A stretch of DNA of 64,000 bases from Synergistales bacterium (GTDB lineage: Bacteria > Synergistota > Synergistia > Synergistales > JAFGMB01), in NCBI GenBank assembly GCA_963666205.1, contig OY762654.1, positions 960,001 to 1,024,000 of the forward strand. Direction: 5' to 3'. A program made the position numbers and the translations under genes. The notes under the pieces are model-generated. The model was given only the letters and a program-made list of their open reading frames with translations. It searched no databases and was not told where the DNA came from. Numbering within the stretch: position 1 is the first letter of the stretch; each line of letters begins with the position of its first letter. This document shows, in pieces, positions 10,622 to 21,321 of this stretch.

Positions 10622-11494
10622 TTGGAACTTACCCTGGACAGCCTTAAAGTAACTGTCATAGCTGAAGACAGCGTACCCTACGAAAGTCCCCTCTGGGGAC
10701 AGCACGGTATTTCTTTGCTTGTTGAAGCAGAAAAAGAAGGCCTTACGAAACGGATAATGGTCGATGTAGGACAGAATTTCGAAGCCCTAAGCCATAACAT
10801 GCAGATCCTGGGCATAGACCCTGCAACCATTGACGCACTGGTTTTGACACACTGTCACTATGATCACACCATGGGAGCTGCAAAACTGGTAGAAGCAACC
10901 GGGAAAAAGAATTTTCCTGTCATAGCACATCCCGAGATCTTCCGTCCCCATTTTATCAACGCCCCGTTCCTCCAGCATGTGGGAATAATGGCTGGAGATG
11001 AAAGGGAAGAGATCGAAGCTAAAGGGGGAATGCTCTTCCTGACATCGGAGCCCTTTCAGATAATGCCCGGCCTCATAACTTCTGGCGAGATCCCCCGTAA
11101 TACGGATTTTGAAGATGCCGGAATAAGCCTTTTCACCATCTACGGAGATACGCTAATGCCCGACCCGGTACTTGACGACATTTCACTCCTGGCAAATGTA
11201 AAGGACAGGGGGATCGTTATAATTACAGGCTGCAGCCATGCAGGCATAGTCAACATAACAGAACATGCCCTTTCCCTTTTCCCGGATGAGGCAGTAGAAG
11301 GAATAATCGGCGGCTTCCACCTTGTAGAGGCATCTGAAGAAAAGATCTCCAAAACAGTGGATGCCCTGGGAGAGATAGGCCCTGGCTGGATCAGCTCGGG
11401 ACACTGTACAGGTTTCAAGGCACAGGTAAAATTACTTGAAGCCTTCGGAGAAAGATTCGAACCTCTCAGCTCAGGAAAGACCTTCGAGATATAG
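10622..11494 (+). CDS. MBL-fold metallo-hydrolase
   Basis: THCHYDH, GCSHAG, GGFHL and GHCTG motifs; TTG start after AGGAGG. Confidence 0.85.
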   Translation: MELTLDSLKVTVIAEDSVPYESPLWGQHGISLLVEAEKEGLTKRIMVDVGQNFEALSHNMQILGIDPATIDALVLTHCHYDHTMGAAKLVEATGKKNFPVIAHPEIFRPHFINAPFLQHVGIMAGDEREEIEAKGGMLFLTSEPFQIMPGLITSGEIPRNTDFEDAGISLFTIYGDTLMPDPVLDDISLLANVKDRGIVIITGCSHAGIVNITEHALSLFPDEAVEGIIGGFHLVEASEEKISKTVDALGEIGPGWISSGHCTGFKAQVKLLEAFGERFEPLSSGKTFEI

Positions 11495-11503
11495 AAACAC
11501 ATC

Positions 11504-11538
11504 AGGGGAAGGGGCAAATACATGCCCCTTCCCCTTTT
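11504..11538 (+). terminator. Intrinsic terminator closing the molybdoenzyme operon
   Basis: AGGGGAAGGGGCA / TGCCCCTTCCCCT inverted repeat followed by a T run. Confidence 0.8.
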
Positions 11539-11624
11539 CCTTTTCCTTTCTTGATGTCCATTACATGCTTATAATTCTTCTTTAAACAATAATGCGGCTC
11601 AGATCTGATTCAATAAAAGTCTTC

Positions 11625-12596
11625 CTATCTGCGCCCTGCCACTGATTCAGCAAAGATACAAAGGATCTCATACATCATGGTAGCGGCCACGAGTGCCGTA
11701 TTTCCCGAGGGGTCAAAAGGGGGCGCCACTTCAACTACATCGGCCCCGATGATCTCAAGACCCCTGAATCCGCGGACCAAAGCCTGTGCCTCCACTGGCG
11801 TGAGTCCACCGATCTCTGGAGTACCAGTACCAGGAGTAAAAGCAGGGTCTATTCCATCTACATCAAAAGTAATGTAAACAGGGCCTTCACCAACCACCCT
11901 TCCAGCCTCGGCAATAACGTTATCTACACCCATCTTTGTAAACTCTTCCATGAAGATGATCCTTATCCCGGCTTTTTCTCCGTAAGTCCAGCACTCATCT
12001 GAATTTGCTGCTCCCCTTATGCCTATCTGAACTGTTCGCTTCGGTTCGATAAGTCCCTCTTCCACTGCCCTGCGAAAAGGAGTTCCGTGGCTGTATCTGG
12101 AGTTCATTTCCTCATCGCAGCAATCGGTATGGGCATCAATATGTATCAACCCTACAGGCCGTTCTGAAGCAACGGACCGCAAAATGGGAAGGGATATGGA
12201 ATGATCTCCACCTGCGCTCAGGGGGAAAGCTCCAGCCATGCGGATCTTTTCATAAAAGGCAGTAATATCGGCGTGGCTGGCCTGAACATCAAAGATCCTG
12301 TTAAAGGGCACATCACCCATATCTCCAACCCGGCACAGCTCATAAGGATTGATCCTGGTTACATGATGTATGGAACGCATCATGGTGGACATATCCCTGA
12401 TCTGGCGCGGACCCTGCCTTGCACCGGAACGCGCTTCAACTGCCCCATCATAGGGAACCCCTACAAGTGCTATATCTACAAGAGCCGGATCGTTTACCAG
12501 GGGAGTTCTCATAAAGGTGGGAACACCGCAATAACGAGGGGCAAGCATAGGATTATCTCCCATCATGGTCTTATGGGGTTCAAGTTTTGGATTCAT
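11625..12596 (-). CDS. Ureohydrolase (agmatinase family, guanidinopropionase GpuA-like)
   Basis: GGDH, DAHTD, HGTPFRRA and DVDGIDPAFTPGTGTP motifs; SD AGGAGG before ATG at 12596. Confidence 0.9.
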   Translation of the reverse strand: MNPKLEPHKTMMGDNPMLAPRYCGVPTFMRTPLVNDPALVDIALVGVPYDGAVEARSGARQGPRQIRDMSTMMRSIHHVTRINPYELCRVGDMGDVPFNRIFDVQASHADITAFYEKIRMAGAFPLSAGGDHSISLPILRSVASERPVGLIHIDAHTDCCDEEMNSRYSHGTPFRRAVEEGLIEPKRTVQIGIRGAANSDECWTYGEKAGIRIIFMEEFTKMGVDNVIAEAGRVVGEGPVYITFDVDGIDPAFTPGTGTPEIGGLTPVEAQALVRGFRGLEIIGADVVEVAPPFDPSGNTALVAATMMYEILCIFAESVAGRR

Positions 12597-12737
12597 TATT
12601 TCCTCCTGCATCACTCAGATTTACGGCCTTTTCAAAAACTCTGCTCAATGGGTTTTCCCTGTAAGGCTCAGAACAAACACCACGTTTAAAGCTTTAAAGA
12701 AATATAGGGATGTTCCATAAAGTACGATCCAGAACTT

Positions 12738-13838
12738 TTATTGGGATTTTCCCCTCGCCAGGATGGGCCATTCATCCACCACTTCCCCGTTACGGATGCA
12801 GTACATTCGTTCATAGAGGTTGCAGGTGGGACATGCGTGGTTGGGTATTATTTCCACCTTGTCTCCGATGTTGAAGTCCAGTCCCTGGGGCCTTATGAAA
12901 GAACCATGCTCTTCGGAGAGACTGTAAAGTCTGATCTCCTGATGATCCTTCAATATTCCAAAACCGGGAGTCCTCGTTATCCCCTCTACCTGGACATAGT
13001 AAGTAAGGGCTTTCCCTCCCGTATCAAGAACCACCCTTTCGGGTACCGGTCTGCTGATAACCGTCCCCAGAACAGTAAGGGCACATCTGTCAAAGGTTCC
13101 TATGACATTCGCCTGGTCGGCATCGAGAAAGATATAGGTTCCAGGTCTTATCTCGGTAACGCCATTGAGAGGTTCTCCTACAAGTAGTGAAGGGGTGGAA
13201 CCTACGCTTATCTCTCTGCATTCTATTCCTTCTGATCTGAGAAGACGTGCTGTTGAAAGGATCTGTTCCTGGCTTTTCCGGAAGATCTCTCTTACTTCTT
13301 TCACGGCGTCAGCCCCATAGGTCTGGCCATCATGGGTATAGATACCCCTGAGATTTACACCCGGAGTGGATATCGCTATTTTTGCAAGTTCCAGAACCGG
13401 TTTACCCGATGGCACTCCAGTTCTTGGATATCCCGTGTTGACATCTATCATTACATCAATTGATCTATCTTCATTCATAAAGACCCGTGACAGCATTCCG
13501 ATGTGGACAGGATCGTCCACTCCCACTGCGATGCGGACCTTCCCTGCCAGGTTCCTGAGCCTTTCAAGTTTGATATCCCCCACGATCTCATTCGCAATAA
13601 AGATATCCTTTATGCCAGCTTCTGCCATTACCTCCGCTTCTCCAAGCTTGGCCACAGCAATACCTGATGCGCCATTTTCCAGCTGTTTCAGTGCTATGGC
13701 CGGTGTCCTGTGGGTCTTGATATGTGGTCTGAGTTTAGCACCCACTGAAGCGGCGAACTGCCGCCCAAACTCCATATTAGCCTCCATGCGGTCCAGATCT
13801 AGCAGGAGTGCCGGAGTATCAAGTTCCATCTTTTTCAT
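12738..13838 (-). CDS. PLP-dependent D-threonine aldolase / D-serine dehydratase family (alanine racemase fold)
   Basis: LDTPAL, LRPHIKTH (PLP Lys), GSTP, EIRPGTY, SEEHG and PNHAC motifs. Confidence 0.88.
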   Translation of the reverse strand: MKKMELDTPALLLDLDRMEANMEFGRQFAASVGAKLRPHIKTHRTPAIALKQLENGASGIAVAKLGEAEVMAEAGIKDIFIANEIVGDIKLERLRNLAGKVRIAVGVDDPVHIGMLSRVFMNEDRSIDVMIDVNTGYPRTGVPSGKPVLELAKIAISTPGVNLRGIYTHDGQTYGADAVKEVREIFRKSQEQILSTARLLRSEGIECREISVGSTPSLLVGEPLNGVTEIRPGTYIFLDADQANVIGTFDRCALTVLGTVISRPVPERVVLDTGGKALTYYVQVEGITRTPGFGILKDHQEIRLYSLSEEHGSFIRPQGLDFNIGDKVEIIPNHACPTCNLYERMYCIRNGEVVDEWPILARGKSQ

Positions 13839-13898
13839 TAAATCCCTTCCTTTCTCACAAAACTCTTGCCGTAATTGACCGGGGTGAAAGAATTATTA

Positions 13899-14798
13899 TC
13901 ACAGATATTTCAGGATAATAACAAGGGCTGAGAACAGCACCATGAAGCCAAAATATTTTCGCAGGGAAACACAGTTTATCTTCGTAGTAAGCCAGGCCCC
14001 GGTCTGCGCACCCATAACGGAACCAGGCAGAATAAGCATTACAAGGAGAATGTCGACATTTCCCCTGATAAAATGGTTGGAGGCTCCGAAAAGAGCAGTG
14101 AAGAAGGTCTGGACCATGCTTGTTCCAATAGCAGTTCGGGTAGGTATTCCAAGGAGATAAACCAGTGTCGGCATCAGGATAAAACCGCCTCCTACGCCCA
14201 GGAGTCCCGACAGGGTACCGATAAGGAGACCGAGGCCTAGAATGGGCCAGATAGACATGGGTTTATTCTCAAGGGATGAAAAGTGAAACAGAGGAGGCAG
14301 GGATATTTTCCTGATCTTTCGCGATATTCCTGTATCTGCTTCGCAATCTGGAAACCTTGCCCGGAATGTTTCATACAACATGAAGGAACTCACAGAGATC
14401 AGAAAAACAAGATAGATGATGCTCATGTAAAGATCAAGCTGGCAGACATAATGTCCTCTGATACAGTACTGGACATCACTGCTGAAAGATCCCAGGATGT
14501 TTATCCCGATCCTGACCCCGGCAACAGCACCTGTGAAAAAGGTCAGGGCAAGTTTATAGTCCACATTTTTCTGTTTAATATGTCTCATTGAACCTGAAAG
14601 AGCTGTAATGACCATCTGGGCAAGGCTGCTTCCCACAGCCACATTATAGGGAATACCGAAAAAAACATTAAGTAAAGGTGTCAGAAGAAATCCTCCACCC
14701 ACACCAAAGAGTCCGGCAAGGAAGCCCACAACAAGACCCAGGAAAACAAGAAGTATGATGTTTACATCAACCTGTGCCATCGAAAGATGAATCAGCAT
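13899..14798 (-). CDS. TauE/SafE (TSUP) family transporter
   Basis: Two GLxGVGGGF repeats with AVGSS / AIGTS; hydrophobic. Confidence 0.88.
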   Translation of the reverse strand: MLIHLSMAQVDVNIILLVFLGLVVGFLAGLFGVGGGFLLTPLLNVFFGIPYNVAVGSSLAQMVITALSGSMRHIKQKNVDYKLALTFFTGAVAGVRIGINILGSFSSDVQYCIRGHYVCQLDLYMSIIYLVFLISVSSFMLYETFRARFPDCEADTGISRKIRKISLPPLFHFSSLENKPMSIWPILGLGLLIGTLSGLLGVGGGFILMPTLVYLLGIPTRTAIGTSMVQTFFTALFGASNHFIRGNVDILLVMLILPGSVMGAQTGAWLTTKINCVSLRKYFGFMVLFSALVIILKYL

Positions 14799-14897
14799 AA
14801 GTGAAAACCCTCCTGGATTGATCAGGTACAGAAACTGGCAGGATCAACACGGGAAACCGTACCTGCATGGATGGGGCTGGAAATCCGCTATGTCCAA

Positions 14898-15860
14898 TTA
14901 TTCGGAGGATCTGACCATAAGAGTATCGTACCCCTCTTTTTTCAGGAGAGCATTGATCTTCTCCGCTGTCTGAGCGTCTATTCCGGCCTTAACCCTTACC
15001 CTGTAGTATTTTCCAGGTTTAGTTATTTCCGGATTGAAACCCTTTTTTCTGACTTCTTCCGATACTCTGACAGCGCCTGCCTTATCTGGAAACATCCCAA
15101 CCTGGACACCCCAGGTATCATTTTTCTGGTACCTGGAGAATTCCGCTGCCCTGACCATTTCCTTTTCTTCCGGAATGGGATCTATAGCGGATGAATGCAC
15201 AAGAAGGGTATCATAACCTTCAGCTTTGAGCATTTCTTCGACCTTAACGGCCGTTTCCCTGTCTTCCCCTCCGTTGACTCTTACCCTGTAATGCTCTCCG
15301 GGCCTGGTTATCTGTGGGTTATATCCTTTCCCTCGAACCTCTTCTGCAAGTCTTTCTGAATCTGTTTTAGAAGTGGACATGGCAAGCTGGACACCCCAGA
15401 GATCCGATTTCTGGAACTTCAGGACCTCAGCAGAAGATCTCTTCGGAGACGGGACAGGCTCTTCACCTGATTGAGCAGTGCCGGAAGCCGGGATAACCGC
15501 TTTTTCTGTGCCGGAAGCACTTTCTGCTTCCTTCGAAGCTTTCTCAGTTTTTTCGCTGTCCACGGACATTTCAAGTGATCCGGCACTTGCAGTGAGGGAA
15601 GTTTCGGCCTGGGTAACCTCAATATCGGGAGAGATATTCACCTCCGGTTCAGATGAAAGCTTCTGGTAAAGGGGAGGTTTATCACTGAAGAATATGTCTC
15701 TTGAAGCAAAAAAAAGGACAACCACTACGATAATGCCAGTAAGGGGAATAAGCAGATAACCTGCTGAACCGGGGAAACGCTTCTTTTTATGTTCATTTAT
15801 CCTCCGGTGAGTATCAGCACGTAATTCTCTTTCATCCCGTCCAGTTCCTCTCTTTTTCAA
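14898..15860 (-). CDS. Membrane-anchored protein with two tandem SPOR domains
   Basis: N-terminal TM helix, low-complexity linker and two WGVQ...YRVRV...GYD repeats; TTG start after GGAGG. Confidence 0.8.
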   Translation of the reverse strand: MKKRGTGRDERELRADTHRRINEHKKKRFPGSAGYLLIPLTGIIVVVVLFFASRDIFFSDKPPLYQKLSSEPEVNISPDIEVTQAETSLTASAGSLEMSVDSEKTEKASKEAESASGTEKAVIPASGTAQSGEEPVPSPKRSSAEVLKFQKSDLWGVQLAMSTSKTDSERLAEEVRGKGYNPQITRPGEHYRVRVNGGEDRETAVKVEEMLKAEGYDTLLVHSSAIDPIPEEKEMVRAAEFSRYQKNDTWGVQVGMFPDKAGAVRVSEEVRKKGFNPEITKPGKYYRVRVKAGIDAQTAEKINALLKKEGYDTLMVRSSE

Positions 15861-15916
15861 AACAGGTACCTCCAATTAATTTCAAGCATGGAAACGAGCT
15901 CCGCAGCCAGCTGGTA

Positions 15917-16564
15917 TCATATCTTTTGAAAGATCTTAGCAATAGCACAGTAATGTGCCAATACGGCTTTCCGATAAGAGACAAGACATTTGCCCCTGTA
16001 CCTGTCCAAAGCTCTATCCACATTATTATGATATTTTTCCAGGGCTTTTTTAAGAATGTAACTTCCCACTTCTATGTTCTTTGCACTCCGGTAAAGGTCC
16101 TTTCTCGAGCGGACCTTGGGGAAGACCTTCGGTATCCACGATTTATTGGCATTCCAGTTGATCTGCATCAGTCCATAGCTCCTGCCGGAAAAGGCTAAAC
16201 GGTTCACCGTTGATTCCTTGACTATTATGGAGGCGACCAGTATAGGATCCAGATGATATTTACGAGAAGTTCTCTCCACCAGGATGGCATAGGTTTTTGC
16301 AGTTTTGGGGGCCAGCTCAGGATTTTTCTGGCAGAAGTACCTTGCTGTAGCCTTGATCCGTTTATCTTTATCTCCTGATTCCTGGTGATTCTGCATATAC
16401 CTGTACAATGAGCTGTCCTGAAATACTCCGGAATATGCCGATGCAGCCGATATAAGTAATGTAAGGACAAATACCGTCAGCAGAAGCAGGATAGAACTCT
16501 TTCGGGAACCAGTCATATTCTCTAACCTCTGAAATAGTTTTAACAACTGGTTTTCATTATACAT
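15917..16564 (-). CDS. Lytic transglycosylase (SLT domain)
   Basis: IVKES, YGLMQIN, NIEVGSYIL and ALDRY motifs; signal-like segment; start uncertain. Confidence 0.85.
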   Translation of the reverse strand: MYNENQLLKLFQRLENMTGSRKSSILLLLTVFVLTLLISAASAYSGVFQDSSLYRYMQNHQESGDKDKRIKATARYFCQKNPELAPKTAKTYAILVERTSRKYHLDPILVASIIVKESTVNRLAFSGRSYGLMQINWNANKSWIPKVFPKVRSRKDLYRSAKNIEVGSYILKKALEKYHNNVDRALDRYRGKCLVSYRKAVLAHYCAIAKIFQKI

Positions 16565-16735
16565 TACAGTCCCTCAGGAATACCTCCTGAAACCATTTGG
16601 AGAATGAATTGAAAAGTTTCAATGATTTTTGTTATTTTTCCAGGGAAAGGGGTATTATTAAAAGATTGATAAAAAAGAATAGGGTTAAAGGAAAGTAACA
16701 TATTCATTCGAGTGAATAATCCTGGAGGTGTTTTC

Positions 16736-18220
16736 TTGAACATCAGGCTTGAAACTATGGTGGAGCATCTTGTTTCACAGGATCCTGAACAAAGGATACT
16801 CTGGTGGAACAGTAGATGGTGGAATAGAAAAGAATTCCTGTCAAAGGTTGCTGCATGCCGGGAAATTCTTGAAACAAGCGGTTTCGAAGAGGGTGACAGG
16901 TTAGCTCTCTATCTTCCCGATTCCCCTCTCCTGCTCATTTTATCAGTCGCGGTCTGGCAGATCGGAGGAACAATAGTCCCACTGAACGCAAGGGGCGGGA
17001 CCGAAGCGAATCTCCGGATCCTGAGAAAGCTCAGGCCTTCAGGGATAATCTTCTCGGAAGGTACCCGTGGATTGCCGGAAGCTATCGGGAGCGAAGGTTT
17101 TACCTCTGTCATGGCAGATCCTGAAGGACCGCTCCCCTCTTTCCGGACAACCGTCCATGCAGAAGGCCCAGGGAATATGGCTGTGATTTTCGCGACCTCG
17201 GGTACAACTGGAAATCCCAAGCTCGTTCCGCTGAGTCATTCAAATCTCCTCAACAATGCCAGGTCTGTTCATGAGAATGTTGAAGGTTTTGAAACAGGAA
17301 ATATTCTTATGAATATCCTGCCGAATTTTCACGCCTTCGGGTTCACTGTGTGCGGCGTCCTTCCCCTGATCTTCGGGCTGCCCCAGGTCCTCCTGCCATC
17401 TTTCATTCCAGTCAAAAATACATTCTCTGCCCTCAGAGAGGCCGAAGTAAGGATACTTATCGCTGTACCTACCATGCTTCCCTTCCTTCTCGGAGCTGTC
17501 GAAAAGGGTGAAAGGATACCGGAAAGCCTGAGATACATCCTTACAGGAGGAGGGAGACTCGACCCCGATCTGGAGAGAAGGGTCGAAGCAAGGATGGGCG
17601 TTGTCAGTTTCCAGGGATATGGTCTGACTGAATGTTCTCCAGTCGTGGCTGCAAACAGGAGCAGCGCAACAAAAAAGACCGGGACTATAGGTCTGCCATT
17701 ACCGGATTATGAAATCGAGATAAGGGATTCCGAAGGGAATGTCCTTCCCAGAGGAAAAGAAGGTATCCTCTGGGTAAAGGGACCCTCTGTCTGTGAAGGC
17801 TATCTTGGAGCCCCTGAACTCAATGAGGAAAGGTTTCATAATGGATGGTTCAATACCGGGGATATTGTCTCCATTGATGAAGATAATTATATAAAAGTAC
17901 TTGACAGGGCTACTGACCTGATAATAGTAGGGGGTTTCAATGTCTATCCCCAGGAGATCGAAGAGGTCATCCAGGAACATCCGGACGTTTATATGGCTGC
18001 AGTAGTAGGAATAAAGCACCATCTTACAGGAGAATACCCCAAGGCATTTGTGATACCCGTAGAGAAAGCCCATCTTACACAGACAGACATCATTCAGTTC
18101 TGCAAGGAACGGCTGGCCCATTATAAAGTACCCCGGAAAGTGGAATTCGTAACCGAACTCCCACTTTCTCCAGTGGGAAAGATCCTCCGAAGAGAACTTC
18201 GGGAAAAACACACTTCATAG
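16736..18220 (+). CDS. Long-chain fatty acid-CoA ligase / AMP-binding enzyme
   Basis: TSGTTGNPK, GYGLTE, TGD and GKIL motifs; TTG start after GGAGGTG. Confidence 0.9.
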   Translation: MNIRLETMVEHLVSQDPEQRILWWNSRWWNRKEFLSKVAACREILETSGFEEGDRLALYLPDSPLLLILSVAVWQIGGTIVPLNARGGTEANLRILRKLRPSGIIFSEGTRGLPEAIGSEGFTSVMADPEGPLPSFRTTVHAEGPGNMAVIFATSGTTGNPKLVPLSHSNLLNNARSVHENVEGFETGNILMNILPNFHAFGFTVCGVLPLIFGLPQVLLPSFIPVKNTFSALREAEVRILIAVPTMLPFLLGAVEKGERIPESLRYILTGGGRLDPDLERRVEARMGVVSFQGYGLTECSPVVAANRSSATKKTGTIGLPLPDYEIEIRDSEGNVLPRGKEGILWVKGPSVCEGYLGAPELNEERFHNGWFNTGDIVSIDEDNYIKVLDRATDLIIVGGFNVYPQEIEEVIQEHPDVYMAAVVGIKHHLTGEYPKAFVIPVEKAHLTQTDIIQFCKERLAHYKVPRKVEFVTELPLSPVGKILRRELREKHTS

Positions 18221-18263
18221 AATAAGCAATGGGGCCCTTATGAACAGGGCCCCATTGCTTATT
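18221..18263. terminator. Hairpin between convergent genes (probable bidirectional terminator)
   Basis: AATAAGCAATGGGGCCCT / AGGGCCCCATTGCTTATT inverted repeat. Confidence 0.75.
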
Positions 18264-18272
18264 CTATGAAGG

Positions 18273-18821
18273 TCATTTTATTTCTTCCCACTTATCCCCG
18301 CAGAAACGCTCAAGCCTCAGAGTAGATATATCAAAGAAGAGGAGTTCAACTTTAAGATCCCTGTCTTTCTTTGCCCTGATCACAAGGGGATGTCGCAGAA
18401 TTCTCCTGTATTGCCTTATCCCGTTGTTTCTGACCGCTTCATCCATGCTGGTCCCATCATATGTTTCATGTGCAAACCATTTCTCAAGACCTTCCGTGTC
18501 TATATGATCTCTCTGCGAAAGAGCCCTGATTGCTCCGCATTCCGAATGAGAGAGGACCAGGACATTGTCTACCCCCAGATGTAAAAGTGCATATTCCAGG
18601 GCTGACAGGAAGCAGGGGTCATCCAGGCCAGCAAGGTTGCCCACATTCCTCAGGACAAAAAGCTCGCCTGCCTCCGCAGAAAATATCTTTTCAGGAACTA
18701 TTCTGCTATCCGAACATGATATTACAAAAGTATGAGGGAACTGCCCTTTTCCAAGTTTCTCATAGAGCTTAAGGTCCGCTTTTTTTCTGAATTCGCCATA
18801 ACCTTTTATCAGTCTGTCCAA
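18273..18821 (-). CDS. Beta-class carbonic anhydrase
   Basis: CSDSR, GELFVLRNVGN and HSECGA motifs. Confidence 0.92.
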   Translation of the reverse strand: MDRLIKGYGEFRKKADLKLYEKLGKGQFPHTFVISCSDSRIVPEKIFSAEAGELFVLRNVGNLAGLDDPCFLSALEYALLHLGVDNVLVLSHSECGAIRALSQRDHIDTEGLEKWFAHETYDGTSMDEAVRNNGIRQYRRILRHPLVIRAKKDRDLKVELLFFDISTLRLERFCGDKWEEIK

Positions 18822-18857
18822 AGTATCAGGCCTCCTGTCTGTTTTTCGGACTCAATA

Positions 18858-19781
18858 TCATTTGTCCACATGGGAACTGCCCTTTTCCGGAAGAGGTTCC
18901 ACATGCAGGGTAATAAGGGTTTCTTCTCCAAAGATCTCATGAATGGCCCCTTCTATCCTTGTTGATACGTCATGGGCTGTTACCAGTGAAAGGGACCTGT
19001 CCACCATTATGTGAGCCTCAAGTGCAAAGTAGGGGCCTATCTTCCGGGTTCTCATAAGGTGAATATCCCTGACTTCAGGATCCCCATGTATAACTTCGAG
19101 TATTTCTTTCTTCATTCCTATATCGATGGATGACTCAAGCAGTTCATTAAGACTCTCGGCGAGAATTGAAAAGGCTATTTTTAAAATAAATCCGCTTACC
19201 ATAACAGCTGCCGCAGGATCAAGGAGTCTCCACTTCGGTCCCAGGATAATTGCTCCGCCTATCCCCAGGAGGGTACCTACTGAAGAAAAGGCATCTGACC
19301 GATGATCCCAAGCCTTCGCCGCAAGAGCAGGACTACTCAGATCACGAGCCCTGGATATGGTATAGCGGAAAAGGCCCTCCTTGGACAGGATGGAAAGGAT
19401 GGCCGCTATCAAGGCTGCATTCCCGGGGCGGGGAATGGATAGACCGGTCATATACAGGTAAAGGCTTTTGATGCCTCCGGCACAGATACCAATACCTGCT
19501 AACAGGAGGAATACTCCACAGATAGCTGCCAGAAGGGTCTCCACTTTTCCGTGACCATACTGGTGAGTACTGTCAGCCGGTTTATCTGCAACCCTGAACC
19601 CCAGGAAAACGATAATGTCGGTAAGAAGATCTGAAAGGGAATGGGTTGCATCCGCTATCATGGCAGAGCTGTTACCCAGGATACCTGCAAGGAATTTGAT
19701 AACAGTCAGAAATATATTTGCTATAAGACCAATAAGGGCAACTGCTTTAGCTTTTTCTGCCCGAATAAATCCTTTTCCCAT
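18858..19781 (-). CDS. Cation diffusion facilitator (FieF-like)
   Basis: ADATHSLSD, HQYGHGKVE and HRSD motifs; C-terminal HVEP. Confidence 0.92.
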   Translation of the reverse strand: MGKGFIRAEKAKAVALIGLIANIFLTVIKFLAGILGNSSAMIADATHSLSDLLTDIIVFLGFRVADKPADSTHQYGHGKVETLLAAICGVFLLLAGIGICAGGIKSLYLYMTGLSIPRPGNAALIAAILSILSKEGLFRYTISRARDLSSPALAAKAWDHRSDAFSSVGTLLGIGGAIILGPKWRLLDPAAAVMVSGFILKIAFSILAESLNELLESSIDIGMKKEILEVIHGDPEVRDIHLMRTRKIGPYFALEAHIMVDRSLSLVTAHDVSTRIEGAIHEIFGEETLITLHVEPLPEKGSSHVDK

Positions 19782-20000
19782 TTCATCCCCCCCTGACAGA
19801 CCCCTCTATTCTACTGGTGGAAAGAAGAAAAGTTTAGGGCATAAAAACAGGATCAGAGTCTTTCCCCAATTCTACAGCATTAAGGGATGACATCAGAAAT
19901 TTTGTCCGGGAGGAAAGTCATTCTGCCCAATAAAAAGCAGAAGGGCTCCGAAAAAATTCCAGAGCCCTTGATATGCAGACCTTTTATCGCAGATCGCCGG

Positions 20001-21206
20001 TCAGATCGCCTCCGCTGCCTTGCGAAGTGCTTCAGCCCTGTCAGTCCTCTCCCATGCAGGCATGGGTTTCAGGTCAATACGGCCCATATGGCCATATGAT
20101 GCGATCCTTCTGTACTGGGGTTTTCTCAAATCAAGATCCCTTATTATTGCTGCCGGGCGAAAATCGAAGTGCTCCCGGACAAGCCTTGTAAGCTTTTCAT
20201 CACTGATCTTTCCTTCGCCATAGGTTTCTACCATAACAGATACCGGATGGGCGACACCAATGGCATAAGCTACCTGGATCTGACATCTGTCCGCAAGACC
20301 TGCCGCTACAATATTTTTTGCAGCATATCTGGCCATATATGCCGCAGAACGGTCGACCTTGGTGGGATCCTTACCTGAAAATGCACCGCCTCCATGGGAA
20401 ACCCATCCACCATATGTATCGAGGATTATCTTTCTGCCCGTAAGGCCCGTATCAGCCATGGGTCCGCCTTTAACAAAACGACCAGTGGGGTTGACAAGTA
20501 TACGGGGATGATCTTCCATGAACTCTCTCGGAACCACAGGATCGATAACATGCTCTACTATATCCGCCCTTATCTGTTTTGGATCTACATCCGGGTGATG
20601 CTGTGCGGAAACGACTATAGTATCTGCACGAACAGCTTTATTATCATGATATTCAAGGGTCACCTGGGTTTTACCATCCGGACGCAGATAGGGAATAATA
20701 CCCTGCTTCCTTACGAAGGCAAGGCGTCTGGAAAGCCGGTGAGACAGCGCTATGGGCATGGGCATGAATTCTTCTGTCTCATTGCTGGCAAAACCTACCA
20801 TCATTCCCTGGTCTCCAGCCCCGACCTTGTTTATCTCGGCTTCGTCCATATCGCCTTCCCTGATCTCGAGGGCTTTATTGACTCCCTGGGCGATGTCACA
20901 GGACTGCTCATCAATGGCCGTCAGGACTGCGCAGGTATCACCGTCAAATCCATATTTTGCCCGCGTATAACCTATCTCCTTAACGATATCCCTGGCCAGA
21001 CGTGGAATATCCACATAGGTGGAAGTACTGATCTCTCCTGCAACCATCACCAGACCAGTAGTTACCAGTGTTTCACATGCTACACGGCCCATAGGATCAT
21101 CTGCAAGAATGGCATCGAGTACTCCATCAGATATCTGATCAGCGACTTTATCAGGATGCCCCTCAGTAACAGATTCAGATGAGATCAAAAAACCCTGCTT
21201 GGACAT
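20001..21206 (-). CDS. metK: S-adenosylmethionine synthetase
   Basis: [17 protein letters not shown] and GGGAFSGKD motifs; SD AGGAGG. Confidence 0.98.
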   Translation of the reverse strand: MSKQGFLISSESVTEGHPDKVADQISDGVLDAILADDPMGRVACETLVTTGLVMVAGEISTSTYVDIPRLARDIVKEIGYTRAKYGFDGDTCAVLTAIDEQSCDIAQGVNKALEIREGDMDEAEINKVGAGDQGMMVGFASNETEEFMPMPIALSHRLSRRLAFVRKQGIIPYLRPDGKTQVTLEYHDNKAVRADTIVVSAQHHPDVDPKQIRADIVEHVIDPVVPREFMEDHPRILVNPTGRFVKGGPMADTGLTGRKIILDTYGGWVSHGGGAFSGKDPTKVDRSAAYMARYAAKNIVAAGLADRCQIQVAYAIGVAHPVSVMVETYGEGKISDEKLTRLVREHFDFRPAAIIRDLDLRKPQYRRIASYGHMGRIDLKPMPAWERTDRAEALRKAAEAI

Positions 21207-21270
21207 TTCTCCAACCTCCTGAAAAAAATAGTATGTTCTGTAAGACATCCTGAGAGCTCTCTTCTAACAT

Positions 21271-21301
21271 AAAAAAAAGGTCCTTCCAAGAGGAAGGACC
21301 T
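21271..21301 (-). terminator. Riboswitch-controlled terminator in the metK leader
   Basis: Minus strand AGGTCCTTCC-TCTT-GGAAGGACCT followed by a T run. Confidence 0.9.
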
Positions 21302-21321
21302 GAAAATATTCAAGTTTTCCT

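Noticed and set aside
12615-12737. Guanidine riboswitch upstream of the ureohydrolase
   Set aside because: No ykkC, mini-ykkC or ykkC-III signature recognised by eye; an Rfam scan would settle it
20394-21182. 262-aa plus-strand ORF
   Set aside because: Antisense shadow of metK with no motifs
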